Of a DNA stretch of 64,000 nt, positions 52,606 to 64,000 are shown one piece after another. The translations under genes and the position numbers were made by a program. Below the pieces are notes generated by a model, which had not been told where the DNA came from, ran no database searches, and was given only the letters and a program-made list of their open reading frames with translations. Position 1 is the first letter of the stretch, and each line of letters opens with the position of its first letter. This DNA is from the human T2T-CHM13v2.0 reference genome, Homo sapiens, in the NCBI RefSeq assembly GCF_009914755.1, contig NC_060926.1; one strand, written 5' to 3'.

Positions 52606-54709
52606 GTGGTGACCATGAATCTCTCACTCTTTTCCTTTGAACCAATCCACAACTGAATAGACACATCTGGGGGCATATCTGAGGAGCACTGCAAAATCAC
52701 TACCTGAAAGAAATCATTATACACACACATAGTGGTTACATCACTCTTGAGGCAAAAAGAAAAAATCTGAGTTATGAGAGAATGAAGTGACATTGAATTG
52801 TGGGCAGAGTAGGGGCAAGGAACTGCTGTTACTTCTGTCTTTTGCCTTTGTATCCACGCCCAGATAAATAAATCCAATTTTTGGCTGATTATATGGTATA
52901 AAGAGAACAATTAGGTCAAAACACAAGATCTGTGGGCCAGACTCAGTTCATACATTTGCAAGTTGGGGTTTATACCCTGATTTATATAAACAAGAATCCA
53001 GAAACAGAGGCTAGTATTATGGCCACAGTGAACAGAAACATATTTGACTTGGCCCATTTCAGCTGCCTGAGGTTCCCCAGAGTCCCAGATGGAGATGTGC
53101 AGCTGGCATTAACAGAGTCTGTGCAAGAGTGACCTTGCTGATTTCAAGATACTTAACTTTTGCTGTGCCACTTGCCTTTTATGCTTAAAGCATATACCAT
53201 CATTCAGAAAGGATTTATGTAAGCTAACCATGCACTTAATTTTTTTCTGTTTAAGAAAATATCTGTAAATAGTCCAACTCAAAATCAGCAAAAACATATT
53301 CTTAGCCTGCATGAAAAGCAGTCACTAAATCTTTAGTTGTCCTTGACTATTTTTTGTAATATTGGATTTCTGTTACCCTGGTCTTACTACAATGACTGTA
53401 GGGAACTTCCACTTCAACAGTGAGAAACCTGACTCTCACCATCTGACTAAAAACGTTTGATAAAGCCGGTCAAAAGGAAATTTTAAAGTGAAATTATTTG
53501 CTGTTTTCAGGAGATGCAACTAAAATAAATTAATATAATTAAATGAAAACAGTGAAACAATGATTTGTAATGTAAAAATCAAATGATAAAATGTTTGAGT
53601 GATAATATTTACATCATAAAAATATAAGTAAAGAAAAAGCATGAAACAGCATGAACTGGATCTAGTTATATTGACAGTATATCTAATATACATATTACAA
53701 TTTGATCAATATTTGAGTTTCTATATTCCAATAATAATATAAGGAGAAATGGCCCAAAACCCAGCTAATTTTGGAAATATTAATATGTCCCTCTTAATTG
53801 TTGATATATCAAACAAAAGCAGTAAACATAGATATTTTTTAAAAATGGAGAAACCTCTACACCTAGAAAATGCACAAAGAATGTCTTGATGTGAAAGAAA
53901 AAGAAACAATAAGCATCTAGGCAAAACAGAACTTTTATATAGGATGAAAAATTAGTCAGGAGATAATATGCCAGATTTTAGCAACATATGCAGAGTTTTT
54001 AGAGAAAATCTTTCTGTTCCAAGAATTTTACACTCTGCCAACCTGTCATTCACATGCATGAAGACAGCAAAAAGACATATATGCTTTCTGTGGACTTAAT
54101 TTTCCTAATTTTTATGTTTTTTTGGATGATAGACTGAACAGATGCTGGATTTGCCCATTTTTCACCACAAGCCAAAAAATGACAGAAAAGGTATTTTTTT
54201 AAGTGAGTTAATGAGTGCATCACAGCTATCACAAACATAAAAGATAATTTTCTGCAGTGAAGATATGTGATGTATATCCAGAAGGCCAAACACAATGAGA
54301 CATCATGGATCCCATCATCCTTAGCTACCTTACAAAATGTCAACATGCATGACCTACACAATTTTTCTTGGTAAGTCAATGTTTACCGGACATTAAAAAA
54401 AGAGCAACAAAAAACATAGACAAAATGAAAGCTAAATACAAATTGCCAAAAATTTGTGCCAAAAGGAAATAAAAAGGAACATGCAAAACTGTTTAAAAAT
54501 CAATATTGATACCCTACATGTCTAAAGTTATAAAATGAGGCCAAAAATGGTACACCAAGAGGGGGCCACAGGAAAGGTACCCTTTTTAATGTACTAATTA
54601 GTAAAGAATGCATTGAGGCCAGAATTTACCTTTATTAGCTCATGTGTATAAAAACATAACTTTCTCGGTTTTTTTCTAAAGGGCCTTACTTTTTTATAGC
54701 CCCCATTCA

Positions 54710-54950
54710 CTATGGTGGTAGTTAAAAATTTGAACTTGCGAGCCTCTTACAGAAGTTTATATCTAAGCCTTGCCATTTTCTAATTGTATAATCTTGATAA
54801 ATTTCTTTGTGCCTGTTTCCTCATTTTTAAAACAAGGATACTCCTCATAGTTACCTACTTCCTGTGGTAATTGTTAGGATGAATGAGTTGGTATAAATAA
54901 AACACTTAGAATTTTATCTGTTCCATAGTTAGTGTTATATAAGTGTTAGA
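54710..54950 (+). mobile_element. MIR, near full length
   Basis: TGTGCCTGTTTCCTCATTTTTAAAA..TACCTACTTCCTGTGGTAATTGTTAGGATGAATGAGTT..AAAACACTTAGAA. Confidence 0.75.
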
Positions 54951-57900
54951 TACTTACTTTTAAAATGTATGTATCTTACATTAGAAGCCAAATATTCATA
55001 AATTTTCCAATTAAATGTAGAGAAAGCCCTTCTGTTTTAAAGCAGTCTCATTGAGGTTAATTACATAGTCCCTTCAGAGGTCATACTCCCTACTGAGATT
55101 ATTCTATTATTCTCAAGTTTTCTAATATCTACTTCATCTTGGTGGGCATAAAAAGTTGTATTAATCTTCACAGTCACAAAACTTTTGATCCACAAGCTGT
55201 TTCTAACATCTCATTGGCCACTGCTGAAATGCCCCCTTTTCTACCCAGCTTATTAATATCTTATATTGGTACCTGCTGAAGTCCTACTTATTTCTTTTTT
55301 GGTATCTTGCTCATACATTTGACTAAATTTAAAGATTTGTAATAAAACTATTGTCAGGCGCTCCAAATTCTGGACTTCTTTCATTCTGACCCCACACCTT
55401 TTCTAGGATATGAATTTTCTCAGTTTATTTGCGCTTACCTAGGACATGGCTTTTTGATTCTCTATTCACTTTCTGGGACTCCGAATACATGTATGTTAGA
55501 ACTTTTGGATGTTCTGTACTTTTTAAAAATTTTTTCCATAGTCCTTGTTTTTGTCTTTCAGCTTTGATGTTGTATAATGATTTATCTCAAAGTTTCTTGT
55601 TTGTCTCCTTAGCTGTGTCCAACTTTATCACTTTCAAGGGAATTCATTATGTCTAGTAACATTTTAAAAAATTTTAGAGTTATCATTTGACTCAGTTTCA
55701 TATTTTTTATTAGTGTGCTCTGATTCCTTTTTTTTGTCCACAAATGCTATCCTTCTTTTCCACTAGATTTCTTAGTATGTTAGTCACAGTTATATTTAAA
55801 TTCCTGTCAGTTTTAACAACTTAGCCACATCTGAGTTTGATTTAGTTGACTACTTTATCTCTTAATAAGTTCTTTTATTCTTCTGTGTAATTTTTCCCTT
55901 AATTTCGAACTGACTGCTTAAAAGGTAGATACTGATATACAAAGTTTTCATGTCTTAAAATAGACAACTGTTTTCTTCTATCAGGCCATTAATGTTGAAA
56001 ACTGAGTTAATATACTATTAGTAATTGTTTGAATTGATATTGAGTTTTTTTGATGTTTAGTCCCCTTCAGACCAGCCCACAGACATCACATTTCTCCAGG
56101 ACTAGGTTGCTATTGCTTGGTGTGAGGGTGGAATTATCTGGTGCATTTTCTAGTATTTCTCAGTTACCTTGATTCAATATCAGTCCAAGAAGGCTCTGTA
56201 TTTTGTCTTTGAGGGTTGGATTTTTCAACACTTCTGCCTATTACCCCCAAAGATGAGAAACTCTTTCGTACATTTCTAAAATCTCCTGTGCAAAGAGCTC
56301 TCTGCTTCACATCCAGCTATAGGAACTCTGCCTTGTTTGCTGCAGAATCCTAAGACTTTGTCTTGCATCTTGGATACCAGCTCAGCCACAGCAAGACAGG
56401 GCACTAGAGTCATGAGGTTTCTTTCTGAAAACCTGGCTACTGGATGACATATCTAAACACAGCATGGGCCTGAAGGGAGCCTTCTGCCTTGAAGGGAAGA
56501 ACCCAGTCTTGACAGCATTCATCATCTGCAAAATGAAGCATTCTTGGGTCCTGAATAACCAGCAGTGATAAGCAGGTACTATGTTAAGGGTCTGGGGTGA
56601 GACTATGAGACCTGCTGGCTTCATGTGAGACTCAGCAGATTTCCACCTGTGGTGGATATGGGGTAAGAATCCTACTGCTTGAGAAAGAGGAGAAAAAAGT
56701 AAAGGTAACTTTGTCTTAAACCTTAGGTACCAGCTCTGCCACAGAGGGGTAGAGCATCAAACAGGGTCTTGGGATTCCCAATTCCAGGATATAGCTCTTG
56801 GACAGCATTTCTGGATAGCATTAGAAGGGAGTTCACTGCCCTCAGGGGTGAGTCTCAGGCCAGGAGCATTCACACCATGAACTGTCTGAAGAGCCCTTGG
56901 GCCCTAAGGGAGCATTGGCAGTAGTCAGTAGTACTCCTTGTGGGTCTGTGGTGGTGGTGCTAACTATAGGGTGAGACTTCTCTGTCTTTAGAAAGGGGAG
57001 GGAAGAGTGGGAAGGACTGCATCTTGTGATTTGAGTGCCAGCTCAGCCACAGTACAATAGAACATAGAACACCAGTAGACTTCTAAGGTTTCAGACTTCA
57101 GTCCCTGGCTGTCTAATGGAGGGCAACCCTGGACCTGCCCAGGGCCTGGAGGAACTCACCAAGTGGAAGGTAAAGACACAGCCCTGGATGGCTTTGCACC
57201 CGCTGATTGTAGAGCCTCAGGGCCCTAAGCAAACATAGGCAGTAGCAGGTAGTGGTTATAGCAGGCCTTGGGCAAGAACCTGCTGGCTTCAAGTCTGACC
57301 CAGAGCTGTCCTAGTGGTGGTGACTACAGGAGGGCTTGGGTTTCTCTACCCTCAGCTTTAGGTGGTTCAGAACAGAGAAAAAGGGACTTCATTTGTTTGG
57401 GAAAAAGTAATGGAAAAGAACAAGAATTCTACCTGGCAATTGAGATAATTCTTCCAGATCTTGATCAAGAAAATCAAGGCGGTTCCTCTATGAATCTTCA
57501 AAAACAACAGTGTTACTGGTCCTGGGGTAGCTCCTAAAGCAGATACAGCTTAAGTTAAAACATCTAATTCCTTTTGAATATCTGAAAAGCTTTCCCGAGA
57601 AGGACAATCGCAAACAAGCTCAGACTGCAAAGAAAACAATAAATACCTAACTTCAATGCCCAGACACAAATGAACATCTATAAATATTAAGACTATCCAG
57701 GAAAACATAACTCCACCAAATTAAGTAAATAAGACACCAGGGACCAATCTTTGTGAAACAGAGATACATGACCTTTTGGACAGAGAATTGAAAATAGCTT
57801 TATTGAGAAAACTCAAAAAAATTCAAGGTAACACAGAGAAGGAATTCAGAATGCTGTCAGGTAAATGTAACAAAGAGATTGACAAAATTAAGAAGAATCG

Positions 57901-58297
57901 AGCAGAAATTCTCGAGTGGAAAAACACAATTGATGCATTGAAGAATGCATCACAGTCTTTTAATAGCAGAATTGGTCAAGCAGAAGAATGACTTAGTGAG
58001 CTTGAAGACAGGATATTTGAAAATACAGTCAGAGGATAAAAAAAGGAGAAATAATAAAAAAACTACGAAGCACACCTACAGGATCTAGAAAACAGCTTCA
58101 AAAGGGCAATCTAAGATTATTGATCTACCAGATGAGGTAAAGAAAGTGTGAGGGGTAGAAAGTTTATTCTGAGAGATAACAATGGAGAATTCCCCAAAAC
58201 TAAAGCAAGATATCAATATGTAAGTAAAGGAAGGTTATAGAACACCAAGTGTATTTAACCCAAAGGAAACTATATCAAGGCACTTAATAATCAGACT

Positions 58298-60512
58298 TTA
58301 TTTGTCCATTCTTACACTGCTATAAAGAACTGCCTCAAACTGGGTAATTTATAACAAAAACAGGTTTAATTGACTCACAGTTCTGCATGGCTTGGGAGGC
58401 CTCAGGAAACTTACAATCACGGTGGAAGGAGAACAGGTACATTTTACATGGCAGCAGTCAAGAGAGAGTGTGTGTGTATAGGAAAAACTGTTGAACACTT
58501 ACAAAACCATCAGGTCTCCTAAGCACTCACTATCACAAGAACAGCATGGGGGAAATAGCCCCCATGATCCAATCACTCCCATCAGGTCCCTCCCTCAACA
58601 CATAGGGATTATTGGGATTACAATTTGAGATGAGATTTGGGTGGGGACATAGAACCAAACCATATTGTTCTGTCCCTGGCCCCTCCCAAATCTCATGTAT
58701 TTTCACATTTCAAAACCAATCATGACTTCCCAGCAGTCCCCCAAAGTCTTTATTCATTCTAGCATTAACTCAGAAGTCCACAATCCAAAGTCTCATCTGA
58801 GAAAAGGCAGGCCCCTTCTGCCTATGAGCCCATAAAATCAAAAGCAAGTTACTTACTTCCTATATAAAATGGGGATACAGGCATTGGGTAAATACATGTA
58901 TTTCAAATGGGAGAAATTGGCCAAAACAAAGGGGATACAGGCACCCTGCAAGTCCAAAATCTAGCGGGGCAGTCATTAAACCTTAAAGCTCCGAAGTAAT
59001 CTCCTTTGACCCCATGTCTCACCTCCAGGTCACACTAATGCAAAGGGTCGGCTCCCGCAGTCTTGGGCAGCTTTTCCTCTGTGGCTTTGCAAGGTACAGC
59101 TCCCATCCCAGCTGCTTTCATGAACTGGCTTTGAGTGTCTGTGGCTTTTCCAGGCAAATGGTGCAAGCTGTTAGTGGATGCACCATTCTGGGGTCTGGAA
59201 GATGGTGGCCTCTTCTCACAGCTCCAGTAAGCAGTGTCTTAGTGGGCACTCTGTTTGGGGACCCAACCTCACATTTCCCTCCTGCATTACCCTAGCAGCG
59301 GTTCTCCGTGAGGGCTCCCTTAGTAGCATACATATTCCTGGATAGGCAGGCATATTCATACATCTTCTGAAATCTACTCAGAGGTTTTCAAACCTCAGTT
59401 CTTCACCTCTGTGCACCTGCTGGCCCAACACCACATGAAAACAGCCAAGGCTTGGGGCTTGCACCCCCTGAAGCAGCAGACTGAGCTATCCCTTGTCACC
59501 TTTTAGCCATGGCTAGGATGCAGGGCACCAACTCTTGAGATGGCACAGTCAGCAAGGCCCTAGGACTGGCCCATAAAACCATCTTTTCTTCCTAGGCCTC
59601 TGGGTTTGTGATGCCCTGGAGACATTTTTCCCATTCTCTTGGCAATTAACATTCAGCTCCTCATTATTATGAAAATTTTGCAGCAGGCTTAAATTTCTCC
59701 CAAGAAAAATGCGTTTTTCTTTTCTTTTGTATTGTCAGGCTGCAAATGTTTCAATTTTTTTACGCTGCTTCCCTTTTAAACATAAGTTCCAATTTCAGAT
59801 GATCTCTCTTAAGTTCAAATTTTCACTGATCTCTAGGACAGGGCAAAATGACACCAGTCTCTTTGCTAAAGCATAGCAAGAATGACCTTTACACCAGTTC
59901 CCAGTAAGTTTCTTATCTCTATCTGAAACCACCTTATCCTGGACTTCATTTTCCATATGACTATCAACATTTTGGTCACAACCGTTCAATAAGTCTCCAG
60001 GAAGTTCCAAGCTTTCCACGTCCTCCTGTCTTCTTCTTAGCCCTTGAAACTATTCCAACCTCTGCCTGTTACCCAGTTCCAAAGTCACTTTCACTCTTTT
60101 CGGTGTCTATAGCAGTACTCCACTCTCAGTACCAATTTCTTGTATTAGGCCATTTTCACATTGCTATAAAGAACTCCCCCAGAGTTGGTAATTTATAAAG
60201 GAAAGAGGTTTAATGTACTCACAGTTCTGCATGACTGGGGAGGCCTCAGAAAACTTGCCATCATGACAGAAGGCGAATAGGTATATCTCACATGGCAGCA
60301 GGCAAGAGAGAGTGTGTGAGTGTCAGAGGAACTTTCAAACACTTACGAAGCCATCAGATCTCATGAAAACTCACTATCATGAGAATAGTATGGGGAATAC
60401 CATTCCCATGATCCAATCATCTCCCATCAGGTCCCACCCTTAACACGTGGGGATGATGGGGATTACAATTTGAGATGAGATTTGGGTGGGGACACAGAGC
60501 CAAACCATATCA
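58298..60512 (-). mobile_element. Complete MaLR (THE1D/MST-type) provirus: LTR 58298-58667, internal 58668-60140, LTR 60141-60512
   Basis: Two direct-repeat LTRs ending GAGATTTGGGTGGGGACA.AGA.CCAAACCATAT flank a typical MaLR internal sequence; flanks GACTT / GACTC (TSD). Confidence 0.92.
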
Positions 60513-61552
60513 GACTCTTAAAGATGAAGGATAAAGAAAAAAACCCCAAAACCACCAAGGGAAAGAAAAAAAAATAACATAAAGTAGAATTCCATCAGGC
60601 AGCAGACTTTTCAGTGGAAACTTTACAGGCCAGAAGAGAGTGACATGGCATATTTAAAGAGCTGAAGGAAAAAAACAAAAAACAAAAAAACTTTTACCCT
60701 AGAGTAGTTAGCTGATGAAACTATCCTTGAAACATGAAGGAGAAATGAAGACTTTCCCAGACAAGTAAAAGCTGAGTGATTTCATCAACATCAAAGTTAC
60801 CCTACAAGAAATGCTAAAAGAAGTAAGTCAATCAGAAAGAAAAGGACATTAATAAGAAATAAGAAATCATCTGAAGGTACAGAACTCACTGTAATAGTAA
60901 GTATCCAGGAAAACACAGAATGTACAACACTCTAACTGTGGTGTGTAAACAACTCTTTCCTGAACTAAAAAGCCTAAATGATGAACCAGTCAAAAATAAT
61001 AACTAGAACAACTTTTCAAGACATAGACAATACAATAGATGTAAATGGAAACAACAAAATGTTAAAGAGCAGGGAGACAAAGTCAAGTGTAGGTTTTCTT
61101 TATTTGTTTATGCAAACAGTGTTAAGTTGTTATCAGCTTAAAATAATGGGTTATAGCATAGTATTTGCAAGCACATGGTAACCTCTAACCAAAAACATAC
61201 AATGAATACCCAAAAAAGAAAAGCAAGAAACTAAATTAAATCAGCAGAGAAAATCACCTTTACTAAGGGAAGACAGGAAGGAATGAAAGAAGGAAGAGAA
61301 GACCATAAAACAACCAGACATAATTAACAAAATGGCAGGAATAAGTCCTTATTATCAATAATAACATTGAATGTCAGTGGACTAAACTGTCCAATCAAAA
61401 GATATAGACTGGCCAAATGGATGATAAAGTAAGACCCATTAATCTGTTGCATACAAGAAACACACTTCACCTATAAAGATACACATAGGCTGAAAAGAAA
61501 GAGATAGAAAAAAAATTCCATGTCAATGGAAACCAAAGAGAGCAGGAGTACC

Positions 61553-63010
61553 TATATATTATATATGTATATCATATGTGTATATATATGATTATATATG
61601 ATATATATGATCATATGATTATATATGATCATATATATCATATATAATATATGATCATATATAATATATAATCATATTATATATTATATATGATCATATA
61701 TCATATATGATCATATTATATATTATATATGATCATATATCATATATGATCATATTATATATTATATATGATCATATATGATATATGATCATATTATATA
61801 TTATATATGATCATATTTGATATATGATCATATATGATCATATTATATATGATCATATATAATATATAATATGATTATATATTATATATCATCATATATT
61901 ATATATGATCATATATATAATATAATAGATACATACATTATAATATATTATATATTTTATATCATATGTTGTATATCATATACATCATATATAATATATA
62001 ATGTATGATATATATTATATATAACATATGATATATAATATGATTATATATCATATATTATATATCATATATTATATGTCATATATCATATATCATATAT
62101 CACATATATGATATATATATCACATATAATATATCATATATGATTGATATGATATATCATATATAACGTATTATATATGATATAACGTATTATATATGAT
62201 ATATCATATATGTATATGATATATATGTGTATATAATATATGCATATATGTATGTACATATGTATATGTATGTATATATGTATGCATATATGTATGTATG
62301 TATACATACATGTATGTATACATACATGTATGTATACATACATGTATGTATACATACATGTATGTATATATGTATACATGCATGTATGTATATATGTATA
62401 CACATGTATGTATACATACATGTATGTATATATGTATACACATGTATGTATATATGTATACATATATGTGTATGTATGTATATATGTATACGTATGTGTG
62501 TATGTATATATGTATACGTATGTATGTATATATGTATACGTATATATGTATATATGTATACATGTGTATGTATGTATATATATCATATATAATATATCTA
62601 ATATATAATATATGATCTATCTATATATGTTCTATGATATATATGATATATATCATATATATGATATATATGATATATATCATATATATGATATATATGA
62701 TATATATCATATATATGATATATATGATATATATCATATATATGATATATATGATATTATATGTCATATATTATATATCACTGATATATATCAGTGTGAT
62801 TATATATGATATATAATATATGATATATATCAGACAAAATATGTTTTGAGATATATATAACATAATATATCAAAATATATATGTGTATATATACACATAT
62901 GATATGCACATACATGATACACATATGACATATATATACAGATATGATACATACATATCTATACCATATACAATATATAATACATTATATATGATAATAT
63001 ATGATATATA
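61553..63010. repeat. About 1.45-kb AT-rich compound array (ATATGATC, ATATC, TATG/TACA units)
   Basis: Read directly; it accounts for the spurious YI/MY/VC-rich ORFs. Confidence 0.97.
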
Positions 63011-63692
63011 TCAGACAAAATATATTTTGAGACAAAAACTCTTAAGAAGAGACAAAGTCACTATATAATGATAAATGGGTCAGTTCAGCAAAAGGACATA
63101 AGAATTTTTAATATACATGCACTCAACACTGGAGCACCCACATATATAAAGCAAATATTATTAGAACTAAAAAGAGAGATAGACCCCAATACAATAATAG
63201 CTGGAGACTCCACCCTGCACATTCAGCATTGGACAGATCTTCCAGATATGAAAGCAACAAAGAAATATCAGACAATGTGTACTGTAGAACAAATGGACCT
63301 ATTATGTACAGAACATGTTATCTAATGGCTGCAGAATACACATTCTTTTTCTCAGCACATATATCATTCTCAAGGATAGGCCATATGAAAGGTCACAAAA
63401 CAAGTCTTAAAACATTCAAAATAAATTAAAATAATACCAGGCATTTTCTTTGCCCACAGTGGAGTAATACTAGATATCAACAACAAGAGAAATTTTAACT
63501 ATAAAAAATTCATGGAAATTAAACAATATGCTTCTGAATGTCCAGTGGGTCAATGAAAAAATTAGGAAAAATTTGAAAAATTTCTGGAGACAAATGATAA
63601 TGGAAACACAACATATGAAACGCTATGGAATATAGCAAAATCAGTACTAAGGAAGTTTATAAGTGCCAACATCAAAATAAAAAAAGGAAAAG

Positions 63693-64000
63693 TTTGCATT
63701 TCTCTAATGACCAGTGATGATGAGCTTTTTTTCATATGTTTGTTGGCCACATAAATGTCTTCTTTGGAGAGGTGTCTGTTCATATCCTTTGCCCACTTTT
63801 TGATGGGATACTATCTCAGGCCAGTGAGAATGGTGATTATTAAAAAGTCAGGAAACAACAGATGATGGATGGCAAGGCTGTGGAGAAATAAGAACTTTTT
63901 TACACTGTTGGTGGGAGTGTAAATTAATTCCACCATTGTGGAAGACAGTGTGGAAATTCCTCAGGATCTAGAACCAGAAATACCATTTGACCCAGCAATC
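63693..64000 (+). mobile_element. Younger L1PA (about PA7/8) with 5' inversion; continues beyond the window
   Basis: An antisense ORF2 piece at 63693-63807 is joined to a sense piece GATAC.ATCTCA.GCCAGT.AGAATGG..CTAGAACCAGAAATACCATTTGACCCAGCAATC. Confidence 0.88.

Larger units (their letters stand above)
56340..63691 (+). mobile_element. Old L1 (L1M1/L1MA-like) 5' UTR, ORF1 and start of ORF2, multiply interrupted
   Basis: Repetitive 5' UTR (TACCAGCTCAGCCACAG units); ORF1 fragment DRELKIALLRKLKKIQ; ORF2 start ATGGCAGGAATAAGTCC at about 61332; EN fragments QETH and NIHALNTGAP.YIKQILLELKREID.NTIIAGD. Confidence 0.88.

Noticed and set aside
52494-52910. 138-aa minus-strand ORF
   Set aside because: It runs into the MER31 LTR, has no evident homology, and its length is compatible with chance.
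62134-63068. Overlapping 60-150 aa Y/I/M/C-rich ORFs
   Set aside because: These are translations of simple AT-rich repeats.

Overview
This is AT-rich, repeat-dense primate (human-like) genomic DNA with no recognisable protein-coding gene, rRNA, tRNA or CRISPR array. The ORFs in the track are decayed L1/Alu/LTR frames, microsatellite translations or chance ORFs. Main elements: a CpG-rich LTR12 solo LTR (7062-8353, minus); a full-length but dead L1PA (about 8.5-15.0 kb, minus) with a 13-bp TSD; a decayed ERVL gag-pol with LTR33-like LTRs (about 25.1-30.3 kb); THE1/MST, MLT1, MLT2, MER4 and MER31 LTRs; a complete two-LTR MaLR provirus nested in an old L1 (58.3-60.5 kb); seven Alus; a MADE1 MITE; and two very long AT-rich arrays (33.5-34.5 kb and 61.55-63.0 kb). 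I found no convincing undescribed biological system. The most interesting signals are mutational footprints: a probable short L1 3' transduction, a twin-primed L1, a fold-back insertion inside an Alu, a 21-bp templated copy 2 kb from its apparent source, and a 1.45-kb AT array grown inside an L1 endonuclease domain. Subfamily names come from recalled consensus sequences, not a database search. Boundaries of old elements are approximate.
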